Source of the DNA: Phyllosticta citribraziliensis
Taxonomy: Eukaryota
DNA length: 64,000 nucleotides
Reading direction: 5' to 3'
NCBI RefSeq assembly: GCF_038025025.1
Contig: NW_027117349.1
Span: 310,001-374,000, forward strand
In this document: piece by piece, positions 12,701 to 24,021 of the stretch
Numbering within the stretch: the first letter of the stretch is position 1
How the letters are laid out: each line of letters begins with the position of its first letter
The notes under the pieces: model-generated
Told to the model about the DNA's origin: nothing
Databases searched by the model: none
Seen by the model: only the letters and a program-made list of their open reading frames with translations
Translations under genes and position numbers: made by a program

Positions 12701-13587
12701 CAGGTCCGCCACCGCAGTACCTGCTTCCAGCAGGTCCATGGCACCCGGCCCACTTTCCCCTAGTCTAGCAACCGTTCCAAGGCACACCCGCTGCTTCTCC
12801 CCCGCAATAAACCTCCAAGATCTGATGTGCACACATCTCCTTCCCTCCCCCACAGACACAGAGACGGCCGTTCAGCTCGGCAGCGCCGCTCGCCTCGCCT
12901 CGCCTCGCCTTGCAAGGAAAGGAGCGAAGGAGGGAGGGAGGGAGGGGGAAGCCGGCAGGCGGCGGGAGGGCGGCGGGCGTGTCAGCAGGCGAGCGGGCGA
13001 GCGAGGCGGTCCTTGGTGCTTTCTCTGGCCTGCTCGCTTGCTCGAATCCTTGGGTCTCTGTGCGCTTGTCGCCGGGTGTGGGGTAGCGGGGAAGAAGGGC
13101 AGGGGGGGCAGGCAGGTACGGGCGACGACAAAGACGCCGGAGAAGAGAGAAGGAGGGTGGTTGTGGTGGGGAGGAGAGGAAGGGGGTTAGGTACGAGGAG
13201 TGCCGGGGTGTATCGTTCGACTCGACTTCCATTTCCTTCGCGAGCACATGGATGATGATGTATGTACAGTACAGTATATGTTTTGCTAGCATTCTACCAT
13301 TCATTCCAGCTCTCGGTGGTAGGACTGTTGGTTCAAGTCCTCTCCAGTTTCCTTCTTCTCTCTCCCCTTCCCACTTGCACCCACAAACCAAGGTAACAAC
13401 AATGCGAAGTGTACGTACGCTGCGAACCAGCTAGGACAAGGAGGCGTCCACGGTGCTTGATTACATAGTCAGCCATATACCCGTTGGAGCCAGACGGAGG
13501 CAGTCCAAGTGCCTGGCTAACTGACTACCCCAAGGTAGCCAGCAGCAGGTACCTCCTAACTACCTTACTTACCTTACCGGCCTGTAC

Positions 13588-13608
13588 CTAGCTAGCTAGC
13601 TAGCTAGC
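13588..13608. repeat. (CTAG)5 self-complementary microsatellite
   Basis: ctagctagctagctagctagc read directly. Confidence 0.9.
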
Positions 13609-14717
13609 GGCTAGGTAAGTAGGTCGACCGACTGACTTGGCCCGAGCTCCCACCACCATGCATTGTGTGCATTGCATGAGCTACCTACCGTACCAGGGCG
13701 AAAGGGAGACAGGGAAGCGTGGGCCATGAGAAACCGCCCAGCTAGCCGAGTGCTCGCGGGCACGCCGAGCCAGAGTGGGCGAGTTGATGTAGTGAGCGTG
13801 TAGTCTGATGCAAAACAATCGCCGATGAGGGAACTGAAGCTGGGCCAAATGGACGGCGGCAAGAAGAGCGGTGGAAGTGTGCGCTCGCAATTGATCTAGA
13901 AGCGGACCTGAGGCTTTGGAGTTGTTTACTTTTTCCAATCATTTCCATTTTGAGAAGATGGGGGGGGGCCTATTATACAACGAACCCACAAAGTCTGTCC
14001 TGCTGCTGCTGCCACTGCTGCGGCTAAGCCTCTTCAGCCGTCCAAGCAGGACGGAGAAAGGCAGCTGCTGTCCTGTCCGCCAAAAGTGCTTCTCTTCCAC
14101 ATTCCCCAACGCGCTCGCAAGCCGAAATGAACAAGCGACAAGAAAAAAGAAAAGAAGGTCCGGGAGAAAGCGGCTGTAGCGAGAGAATGAGAGAAGGACT
14201 TTGCGCGCTCTAGATGCTCATTTGAAAAGCCACAAACAAATCCCGCGATACAATCCTGTCCACCGAGAAAACCCAAGGCACCGAAACATGACGCCAGTTT
14301 TGTATCGCTTGCCACCGGGCAGGTAAAAGAGAAGAAACACACCGACACGAGAAGATCAGATAAACAAGAAGTGACAACTCGCCGAGGACCGACAGAGAGC
14401 GCGCAGTGTTGGCCACCACCGTACAACATGCCTGGACCCGACGAGGAAGGAAAGGCAGGTGAGGGTACTTGTGTCGTCGCGTCGTGAGCGGGTTTGCAGA
14501 CGAGTCCTGCTGTGAGGACGTCTCGCCATGATGCTCGGCAAAGGTCCGAGCCGTGTGCAGCCCATTCGATGCTGGTTCAAACATAAGAAAACAAAGGAGA
14601 TGGAAGCAAAGTCTAGATGCTAAAAAGTTAAAGAGTACGCTGAATGGTAGGTAGGGGTAGGAAGTGGACGCCGGGACCAGCCACATGCATTGCCGTTACG
14701 TTGGCGCGCGCGCAAAA

Positions 14718-17029
14718 TCAAAAGTTGCTGGCGGCGAGTAACGTGTGCGAGTGACCCATGGAGGTTGCGTTTGGCAGAACGGCGCCAAGGGCTTCGTTGG
14801 AGCCTTGTTGGAGATCGGACAGCGACTGCGAGATGGAGAGGCTGGACGGCATGTAATCGTTCGAGGCCTCGGGGCTTTCCTCTTCCAGAGAGCCAAGGCC
14901 TTCGCCGTCGTTTTCGTCTTCCTCGCTGTTGTACGGGATTGGGTCGCCGTCCTGGCGAGGCTCGTGGGTGCGACGATGTCTAGAGAGAGGCCGTATTAGC
15001 TTCGGATCGGTGGATGCAACCCAAATAAACTTCAAACTTACTGAGCCAGGTTGTCGGAGCGCGAGAACGCCTTGTTGCACAAAGGGCAGACATATGGCCG
15101 CTCTTGCGTGTGCGTACGCACGTGCCTAAGCGCCGACGTTAATCACACGCTGCAACCTGAGACTGCAGATCGGTTAGGCGCTTACCTCTTGAGATGTTCT
15201 AGCCTCTTGAAGAGCCTCCCACAAGTGGGAATGGGGCAAGAATGAGACTTTGTGGGATATGGCCCCAGTTCCATCATTGTGGCGCTGCGCGCCCTGCGAA
15301 AGACGCCAGGAGCCTGGCGCACGACCGCATCGTGTGCATTGGCGTCAGCGAAGCCACCATTGGTGAAGGAGTTGAGCTCGTCCTGAGGGGGCATGATCGG
15401 CATCGGCTGCTGGACAGGGCTGCCCTCAACCGTACCCAACGGCGTGCCATGGCGCGACAGTTCCGGAACCTCGGATTTCTGAGGAATGGCACTGTAGCCA
15501 TTTTGAAGGCTCTGCGGCGAGTTGTGACCGGGCTCTTCATTGGCCTCTGTAACCGGCACCACGGAGCTGGAGACTGAGCGGCGGAGGTCGCTTGGCCTAT
15601 GGGCGGCGTGAGGATTAGCCGCCGAGGCTGCCGATACGGCAACACCACCACCAATGGACATGGAGGATCGTCTCCTCCTCTGCTTATACGTGGGTGACCC
15701 TTCAATCACCGAGTATACATTGCCCGGCGCAAACGGTCGCCCGTTGGAGTACTGCGGCGCCGCAAGATTGGACGGCGGCAACTGCATGAGGGGGTTGAAG
15801 TTTGCCGGGAGACCCACTTCCGGGATCGCGCTGTACAGGCCAGTATCCTCGTTGGCGATGTAAGCAGGCTCGGGACCCAGACCAATCGAGTGTTGAGGGG
15901 GTGTGATGGGCTCAAACGACATGCCGCGGTTGCTGTAATCCTCGTAATGCGACGAAACGAAAGATGGGGCCGGGGAGTACTCCATGTAAGCAGGCATCGA
16001 GCTGTGGCGATTGTGCAGCTGGTTGAGGGGGATGCCGTTGCGATCGTAGGGGATGGGGGTGTAGTCGCGCTCGCGGCTCTTGGCAATGGTGCCGTTCATG
16101 GGAGGGGCCATGGTCATGCCGGGTGGGAAACCATCCATGGGCTGGAGGGCGGGTTCTGAAACAGCCGGGGGCATGGACTGCGGGACGATGGAAGGGGGTG
16201 GCATGGTGTCAATTGCGGGCGAGGTCGATTGCGAGTAGGTGGTAACAGTCGTGTTGAATGACGACGAGTTGGTCTGTTGGGCCTTTGTGAGCTGCTCAAA
16301 CAGCGACTGCGAAGAGTCGAATTCGAAGGACAGCGCAGGCTCGGCGACGGCTACGGTGGTAGGCTCCTGACCCATCTTTTCCCTCTTGAGATCCCGCTCC
16401 AGAGCGTCCAGGAAAAGCCGGTCGTGCGGCACGCTGTACCAGTAAAAGACCTTTTGCTTCTTCTGGGTGCGGATGCAGTTGTTTTTGTACAGGAAATCCA
16501 GAAACGCGCTCTTGGGCTCCTCGAGCGATGCATCAGTGCCGGACTTGAGGTTGCGCAAGTCGGAGAAGATGCCCTCCTCGAACTTTTTTGAATTTTTGAC
16601 GGGCCGGCCGAAAGCCTGGAAGCGAAAGGAAAGGCATCGCACGATGTCTGTGCCCGAAATGTGGAAGAGGTTGTTCCTAGCGCGCTGTCAGATTGGGGAC
16701 CCTTGATTCGTTGCGACGGCGAGACGAAGACGACGTACCAGAGAACGCACGAGACGTACTCGCCCGTGGGCAGCAGGAAGCGGCGGATGTACTGGTCTGG
16801 CGACCAGTCGACGGGGGCCGAGATGAGAAAGTACTTGACTGGGCGGCGGGTTAGGTGGTGTCGGCGGAGCTGGAGGGAATTACTCACGGTTGTCGACCTG
16901 CTGCAGGGCGATGATGGCATCCGGAGGCAGGCTCTGCTGGGCATCGTGGTCGAGCAAAAAAGTCTCTGGAGCAACCTGTCGCGCCTGCTGCGGCGGTGGC
17001 ATCTGAGGGGCGGGGCCGGTGGAGTACAT
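14718..17029 (-). CDS. STE12: Ste12-like transcription factor (STE domain plus two C2H2 fingers), 5 exons
   Basis: [77 protein letters not shown]; fingers [25 protein letters not shown] and [23 protein letters not shown]. Confidence 0.98.
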
Positions 17030-17315
17030 GGCTGCCACCGTGGTGGTGGACAGGTTGAGGAATGGAGGGAGGAGTGAAAGGGTAGCGAAAGTGGCAGGCG
17101 AGGCGGGCGGGAGTCGAGGGAAGCTGTTTGAGATATGGTGAATCGAGGGCCGGCCTCGAAGGGGAGTGGACTCGCAGAAGCAGAGGGTTTGGAGTGGACG
17201 TGACGAGACGAGACGAGAGGAGGGACGGAGTGGACGGGATGGCGCGCGCACACGAAACGAGTTGGGGGGGGGGGGGCGACGAGGGCTTTAGGAGTGTCAG
17301 AGGATTCCCGCGCGG

Positions 17316-18286
17316 TGTTTCAGGAGATTAGCTGTCGCAGCGTTGGATCTATATTTGGCGGGCCTTAGGTCGGCAGCGCAGCGCAGTCCAGCGCCCACTT
17401 GTCTGCCCACCTCACGGTGCCCACTCAGCTCAGCTCAGTCATTTGGCCTAGAGCCGAGCGCCCGCCGACCGAGGAGAGCCAGGACGGGAATGCCTGGAAT
17501 GCGCCGTGGCTGGAGTGCATGCATAAGTTGGGCGTCAACTAGCCCAGGAGGAGCCGCTGGCCTCCGCAGACCTGATCTGATCACTTTCGCCCTCCTTGCA
17601 TGGCCGTGGCCGTGTGGCTGGTACTCTCGCACTCTACAACCCGCCCGTCCTCTGCACCAATCGAGCGGCGAGTGCAGCTGCAGGAACGGAACAGCAAAAA
17701 AGCTCTACTGCGGCCGTTTGATCACCGCTCTGAAACACTTGGCCAGCAATCACCACCGCCGACAACCTCACCAGCCACGACCAGAGCCACCCCTCTGCGC
17801 GCTCTTCCACCTCATCTCCTCTCCTCTCCTCGCAAAGCACGGTGAACCGCTCTCCTGACGGCCCATGGATGTCAGGCATCGAAGGAACAGGTAGGTTGCT
17901 GTACCGTAGCTACCGCACCGTCAGCCGTGTCTGGCTGTCCCGGGCCGACCAGCTACAGGCACAGCTATGCGCTGCACAGTTCCTTGCCGTCCTAGTCCTG
18001 GCCTGGTCCTGGTCCTAGTCCTGGCCTGGTCCTGGTCCTAGTCCTGGTCCTGGTCCTTGTTGCCGTAGACGCAAAAAAGAAGCACAAGTACATACATCAA
18101 CACTTCTTTTGACCCCACAGGCCATGTCATGTCGTAAAGTGCCGATCGCCATGGGTAGCCGAGGCCTCAGAGGTTCTAGAGCCACGGCTACCGTCGTTCG
18201 AGGAAAAGCGGCCGTCGATGGGACCCCAGCTTGATGAGCAAGATCATCCCCATCGGATCCTCGCATCACCACCACGTCCCGTTTCA
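17316..18286. promoter_or_regulatory. Candidate Ste12-binding PRE sites and tandem TEA-type CATTCC sites upstream of STE12
   Basis: TGAAACA at 17316-17322 (-) and 17731-17737 (+), TGAAACG at 18280-18286 (-). GGAATG at 17487-17492 and 17496-17501. Confidence 0.45.
17991..18058. repeat. CCT(G/A)GT minisatellite with a 23-nt higher-order unit
   Basis: (cctagtcctggcctggtcctggt)x2 followed by cctagtcctggtcctggtcctt. Confidence 0.9.
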
Positions 18287-18840
18287 CTTTGATAACCTCC
18301 CATCGTCATGACTGCGCTTCTTCACCGCGCGCCCACTACCCGGAAGCCCTCGTCCTTGCCGCGCCCACGGTCTATCCCTGAAATGAAGACTCCACTGCAA
18401 GGTGACCTAGACTTGCAGCCCCGTCCAATCATGCCCCAGTACGTGTGTATGCCGCTGAAGAAAAACTGCCAACTTCTGCCCAGTCCGTCGGGAACTTCCT
18501 CCTTGCTCCCTTCTCTCTTACCACTCCCCCTCTTGTCGCCAAGCTGACTCGCTGCCGACGTCTCTCTGTCCGCAAAGCCTATTCATCCATCAGCGGGACC
18601 CTGATCCAGGAGGAACCGTGCGTGCGCAGTGACGCATCAGGATCGAGCTTTTTGCTGTTTCCCGAGCTCGTGCAGTCCAGTCCACTCTGCAAAAATGCAG
18701 AGACCACCATCGCACGCTTTGGCCTCACGCCGACTTTTGTCGTTATGCCGCTGGCCCGCTGCCGCGCGGATATCACTGAGCAGCAACGGCTACGCCCACA
18801 ACCGACCCGCCGCTCCTCGTCTCGGCGCACACTACTCCCT

Positions 18841-18880
18841 CTCCTCTCCTCTCCTCTCCTCTCCTCTCCTCTCCTCTCCT
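18841..18880. repeat. (CTCCT)8 microsatellite
   Basis: Read directly. Confidence 0.95.
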
Positions 18881-21800
18881 GCAAACTGAACATCTCGACC
18901 CTCCCTCCCGTCTGCCCGAAATTCACACCCACCGTGTCCCATCCGTGAAGATCTGATGGGCCACGTCCGTCGCCCAAGACGTACCTTGCATTAGTGCAAC
19001 ACTGCGCTGCGGGACGACGAACCCTATCCGCACGCGTCGCCTCGCCCGCTCCTCTCCCGCACCCTCCCTCCCTCCCTCTGTCCCCCCTCGCGCTAGCCCC
19101 TATTCGGCAACCACATCACCACCGTTCGCCCTTCCCAAGTCCACAATGCGCGCACTGTGCCCAGCCATATCTCCGTCTTCCATCTCCGCACCTCCAATCT
19201 CTTCACCGATTCTTCAACACCATGCCCATCTTTTCCCGTTCGTGCAAACTTCTCCACTGCATCGCGACTCATCACCAAGGCATCGGCAATTGACCAGCCC
19301 GTTGTTGCCATCATCATCGGTTATTATTAGCAAACCCATGTTCTCCGGACCGTCCTTGATCATGCCATGCCGTTGCGTGCATTCAACCCCCTTGCCGCAT
19401 CGCATGACTACCCCCTGGACCCGTCCCGCTTCTTTTTTTCGAGAAAGGCTCCCGCTCGACACTCGAACATTCCCTCTTGGGGCTCGCCGCTGTGGGCAGC
19501 CCACGCGTGCATCTTCGGCGCTCTTGTCGCTTTGGTGCTGCGTTGCTATGCGCAAGCGCAGATCTCGTCTTCGATCGGGGCGTTCCGAGAACCATTTTGG
19601 GACGCGTTGGTGATGCAAACTGGGGACTTTGAAGAAGCGATGTTGTTAGCGAGCTCGTGTCTGGCCTGCCTGGCCTGCTGTCTCGGAGCGATCCGTACCA
19701 TGGCGTACGAGGCGCCCTGAATCTTGAAAATCCGCACTGGAAAGAGAACGTCAAGGTAAGAAATGGCAAGTGTTGGTGTTAGTCAGGGACCCAGCCACAA
19801 ATCATGTGAGTGAGGAGGTGCCCCAGGCATTAGACTGCATTCACCGTCTTCGCCGGCCTGCTGGCTCCCTTGACCAGCGTCTTGACACGATTCGCACCCA
19901 CAGAGGCCAGCCGCGACTGCCAAAATCCGTCTCACGGAAAAGATGGTCCACCACGCACGGAGCACGAGCACCGCCGCTGAACGAATGCCGTGGGCGCCTA
20001 ACACCACTCTGCCGGCGTCTGCGTAGCGCTCGCCGCTCGCATCTCGCAAAAACATACGCGCGTTGACATGGACACAAGCGAATAACAGAAAGAGGTCATC
20101 ACCTCATCATGCCCGCAGAGCCGCCGAAAGAGGGACCCTCCAGGCCCGCCCGACTACTACACACTACACCTCTTTGGAACCAACCGCCAATCGCACATCA
20201 TCTTCGGCATCGTCAATCATGCAAACGCTTCTCCAAGATCAAACGAATGGTACGCGTGTGCCGTCAGTGCAAGAACCGTACCGTACAACACATTTTGCGG
20301 ATCACTCGCTTCGCGAAAGGGGAAAAAGGGAAAAATTTTCGCCAATATTGTTCATCGCTATCCACCAACAACCATCATTTCCGCGCCAAAACCACACGCC
20401 CGGTAAATGGGAAGGTAGGTGGTCTCTTTGTCAGTCGTCTGGCGCGGACGTACGCAGGTAAGCCATATCCGCACGCCGACGATTCGCTCGGCGCTAGCTC
20501 CGCTGGGTATGCTGAGCACCGTCGCTGCTCTCGCTATGCCGAAAGGACGCTGGGAGGCACCGTGTCGATGACGGGAGAGGTCCATGTGCTGCCGCCGGCA
20601 CGACATTCCGAACATGACGGCCGAATCATGTTCAAAGAGTAATCTTCTGGTCGGCACATACACACACCGACGGGATATACCTGCTATGCTCGCACATACG
20701 TCTCTCTGCGGGTCCGCATCGACACTGGCAGACCAGACCAGACCAACGTCTCTCGCCTGCTCTCTCCACAATACTCCACACACCCTCTCCACATGTCCCT
20801 GCACGCTCAGTCCCGTGTCAGCTCACCTCGCCCATCTTTCTCATCTTTCTCATCTCCCATCTGTTCTCTTCTCGCCCGGGCAGGCACGCAACAACCAACC
20901 CACCCGGCACCCACCAGTCCAGCCCACCACGCACCCACCCACGCATCCACCGTGCTCACCATTCTCTAATGCTCCTTCCCCTTCTTTCCTTTCCGTTACT
21001 CTCCCTCTACTCTCTCTACTCTCTCTCCCCTTGTCAGTTGTCCCCTACCTCCCACACGTCCTCCCGTCCATCCGCCCGCCCCGCTGCCTCCCGTCTCCCG
21101 CTCCGAGATGACTGCGAAGCATCCCGGCACTGTTCGGTCTTTGCAACGGACATGGAGCACTGCACCGCAAGAGGCACGCACGAGGCACGCATAACGTGCT
21201 CTCCGGACGGCGGTGGGGAGGTCGTGCTGTGTTGGGATCCGGTAGGTAGGGAGGCGCGCGGCCTGCGCTGCGTGCGGGCCCTTCCGCCATCCCGTCCGTC
21301 CTCATCATTCAATCTATCGCACGTTGTTGATGCATGCTTGCATATGCCTACATACATGCCTGCATGCGAGCATGTGGGCAGACACGTGTTGTGGCCCGGC
21401 GGTCTGCCTGGCAGGTGGCTCGACTCCCGAGATGGGATGCCGGCCGCATGGCCTGGCGTGGCTTGGACCGCGGATCTGTCATGCAGACGTGCAGGCTGGC
21501 TGGCTGAACGGTCGAGATGGATGGAGAAGGGAAAATAGGGGTATCGTTTTGTATCGTACCGCTGGTTGGGTGTGGAGCGGTAGAGCCATACAGCGGCTGA
21601 CTATGCCCTGTGTAGGTGTATTTTCCTATGTAATATGGCCTGTGGTAGGATTGACCTACCTACCGGCCGCTGGTGTGGCTTCCCCCTTGCCACCAAGACA
21701 GAAAGGGGAGAAGAACAAAAGCCCAAAGTCGTGCGTACGTCGGAGTATGTCAGCAATCTGTCAGTCCGTAAGGCAGTCAGGCACATAGCATCTCCTGAGC

Positions 21801-24021
21801 ACCCTCTCCCTTCCGCGTATTGACAAACGCACTATCATGCTCCTCTCCATAGAGGCTTGAGTAGAATCTCACCGCCTTCATTGCCTCCTTGCCTTGCCTG
21901 TTCTGGCCCAGTCACTACTACAGCTGGAGACCACCAAAGTACGGACAGAAAGCTATGCATGAATGACGGACTCTGTGCTACCTGTTTTGTCTGTGGTGGG
22001 AGAAGTCTTGTTGCTGGGGCTTTCACACGTATCACACCGCTGCTCGGTTCATTCGAAGATGTATGGGTTTCTCAGAACAAGGAAGGAATAGAGAGACTGA
22101 GGGAACGGGCTGGTATGGTAGTGTGTGGTTGTACGCGGCATGTATATCTTTCTCCGTGATTCTGGCAAGTCAGTTGATCCTACGAGTCGACTTTATTGCT
22201 TTACCCCGTTATATCTAGGGTTTTGCAGTTTGTGCCATGTCACACTCTCTGCTCGTTCTACGCCTGTAGAACATGCTACTATTTTCTGCACTGCTTGAGC
22301 GAAATCCAAAAGTCTGGGGTTTACCGGTTGACCCCTAATTCCCTCTCAGATTGCTGTCTCTCCGCCATTACAAACACTGTCATGCTCAAAAATAGACCCT
22401 GAAAGAGCCACATCACACAGCACCACCTCCATCCCGCAGTGAGCCAGCAAGCAAGCAGCCTTGAAGAAGCTTTCCGGGATACGACGCTGCAAAAGCGCTT
22501 CTATTTTGACCCGTCGCCGAAGATGCACACTGCGCCTCTCAGCCACACACCAAGCACACACATCCATACCTTACTCCCACGCACCGCTCCATCTATCGGT
22601 ACAGCACACACACACAAGCCCGATCGCGATATTCTTGGCTCACGGCCTGCTTGCTTTCTTTTCGCGCCCCCCTCCCTCTCCTCCAACACCCACGCGTCCA
22701 TCCATCTATCTATCCGTCCATCAATCCCACCCGAACCCTCCCTCCCCGTGCCATCCGAACCTCCCCACCCGAGCCCATCCCTCACTCCCTCCCTACCTCC
22801 CTCCTTCGTCGTCCAAGAGTAGAGCAGCTTTGGTGCCTAAACTCAAAGCGCACACGCAAGCCAGCCCAGCCCAGCCCAGCACCACCACCTCTACCGTCGT
22901 CCGCCGCCAGCGCCGGCCCGCCCGCGCCGCCCGCCAACAACTCTCAATCGTGATCCGCGCGCGCGGCACGTCGTGCTCTTGCCAGGGTATCCCAAGGAGC
23001 CAAATCGGACGTTGGCGCACAGCGAACGCCCGCCAACAACGGGGGGGGAAAGCCAACGAGCGAGCAAGCAAGCAAGCAGCGTTCGGGCTCTCGGCCCATC
23101 TACCTCCTCCCCTCCCCCGTCCCCCCTCCTCCCCGCAGTGCTTTGGCCGGCCGTCGGCTTTCCTTTCTCGCTATCGATGGCGGCGGAGGCGAATGTTGGG
23201 CACCACGCCCGCTGCTGGTAGCGAAAAAAGTTGCGCGTGGGCGGGCGATCGAGGCGGCGCGTCGTACCTTGCCCTGGCAGTGGCGATGCTGTTGTGCTAT
23301 TGCCGTGTACATACAGTACGTAGCTGCATTCGCAAAAGCGCCACGCTCGAAAGCTGCATGACGTCCTCGTCGCCATCGCCATGGCGGAGGATGCCCTGGC
23401 TGTCTGGACCTCGCCTGCGAGCTGATCCGGTACCTAGGTACTTGGTCGTGCGCTGTCGAGCTAGCCGGCAACAGCAGCGATGGATGCTTGCCTTGCTTCC
23501 TGCTCCGTGGTGCGCAGCTCGCAGCTTGGGATATCCTGGCACGACGGCGCGGGACGGGTCGATTGTTGACGTGGGGTTCCTGAGTTTCTTTTTGCCGCTG
23601 CCGAGTGCCCTGATTGGTGGCGGCCCTGGCTGGCTGGCTGGCTGCCGCGGTTTGTCGGTCGCCAAAGTTGCGGCATGCATGCCTTTGAACTTTTCTTGTC
23701 AATTTTTTTTTTTTTTTTTTCCTTCTTCTCGTCGGCTGAATTAGTGACCGATCGCTCATTGATTGAGGAGACTCATGTGTGCAGGTGGCTTCGGCAAAGT
23801 GGACGGGGGTAATAGGGCGTGGGTACCGATGGCCACTTGCAAGAACCACATCATGGTGATGGTCCGCGGGGGTGGTAGTCGAACGGGCTGGGCTTCATCT
23901 GGGGACGGAAATACCTCTTTCGGACGGTTTTTGTGCGGCAAAAACCTACATTTCGAAATATAGGCGTTTGCACCCTTCAGTCCGTGTGGCATTTCGCAGC
24001 CTTCAAGTGAACTCAATCAGG

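Noticed and set aside
14718..17029. Mating-type locus because STE12 is present
   Set aside because: No MAT alpha-box/HMG, APN2 or SLA2 genes in the window.
17991..18058. CRISPR-like or peptide-repeat (PG)n interpretation of the minisatellite
   Set aside because: No spacers, eukaryotic context, and the overlapping ORF is not credible.
22461..23744. 427-aa ORF in the STE12 upstream desert
   Set aside because: TTG start, low-complexity Pro/Arg/Ser translation through simple repeats and a poly-T run, and no domain. Typical spurious ORF in GC-rich DNA.
10100..24000. Telomerase RNA or telomeric repeat in the non-coding zones around STE12
   Set aside because: No TAACCCTAA-type template or TTAGGG array seen by eye.
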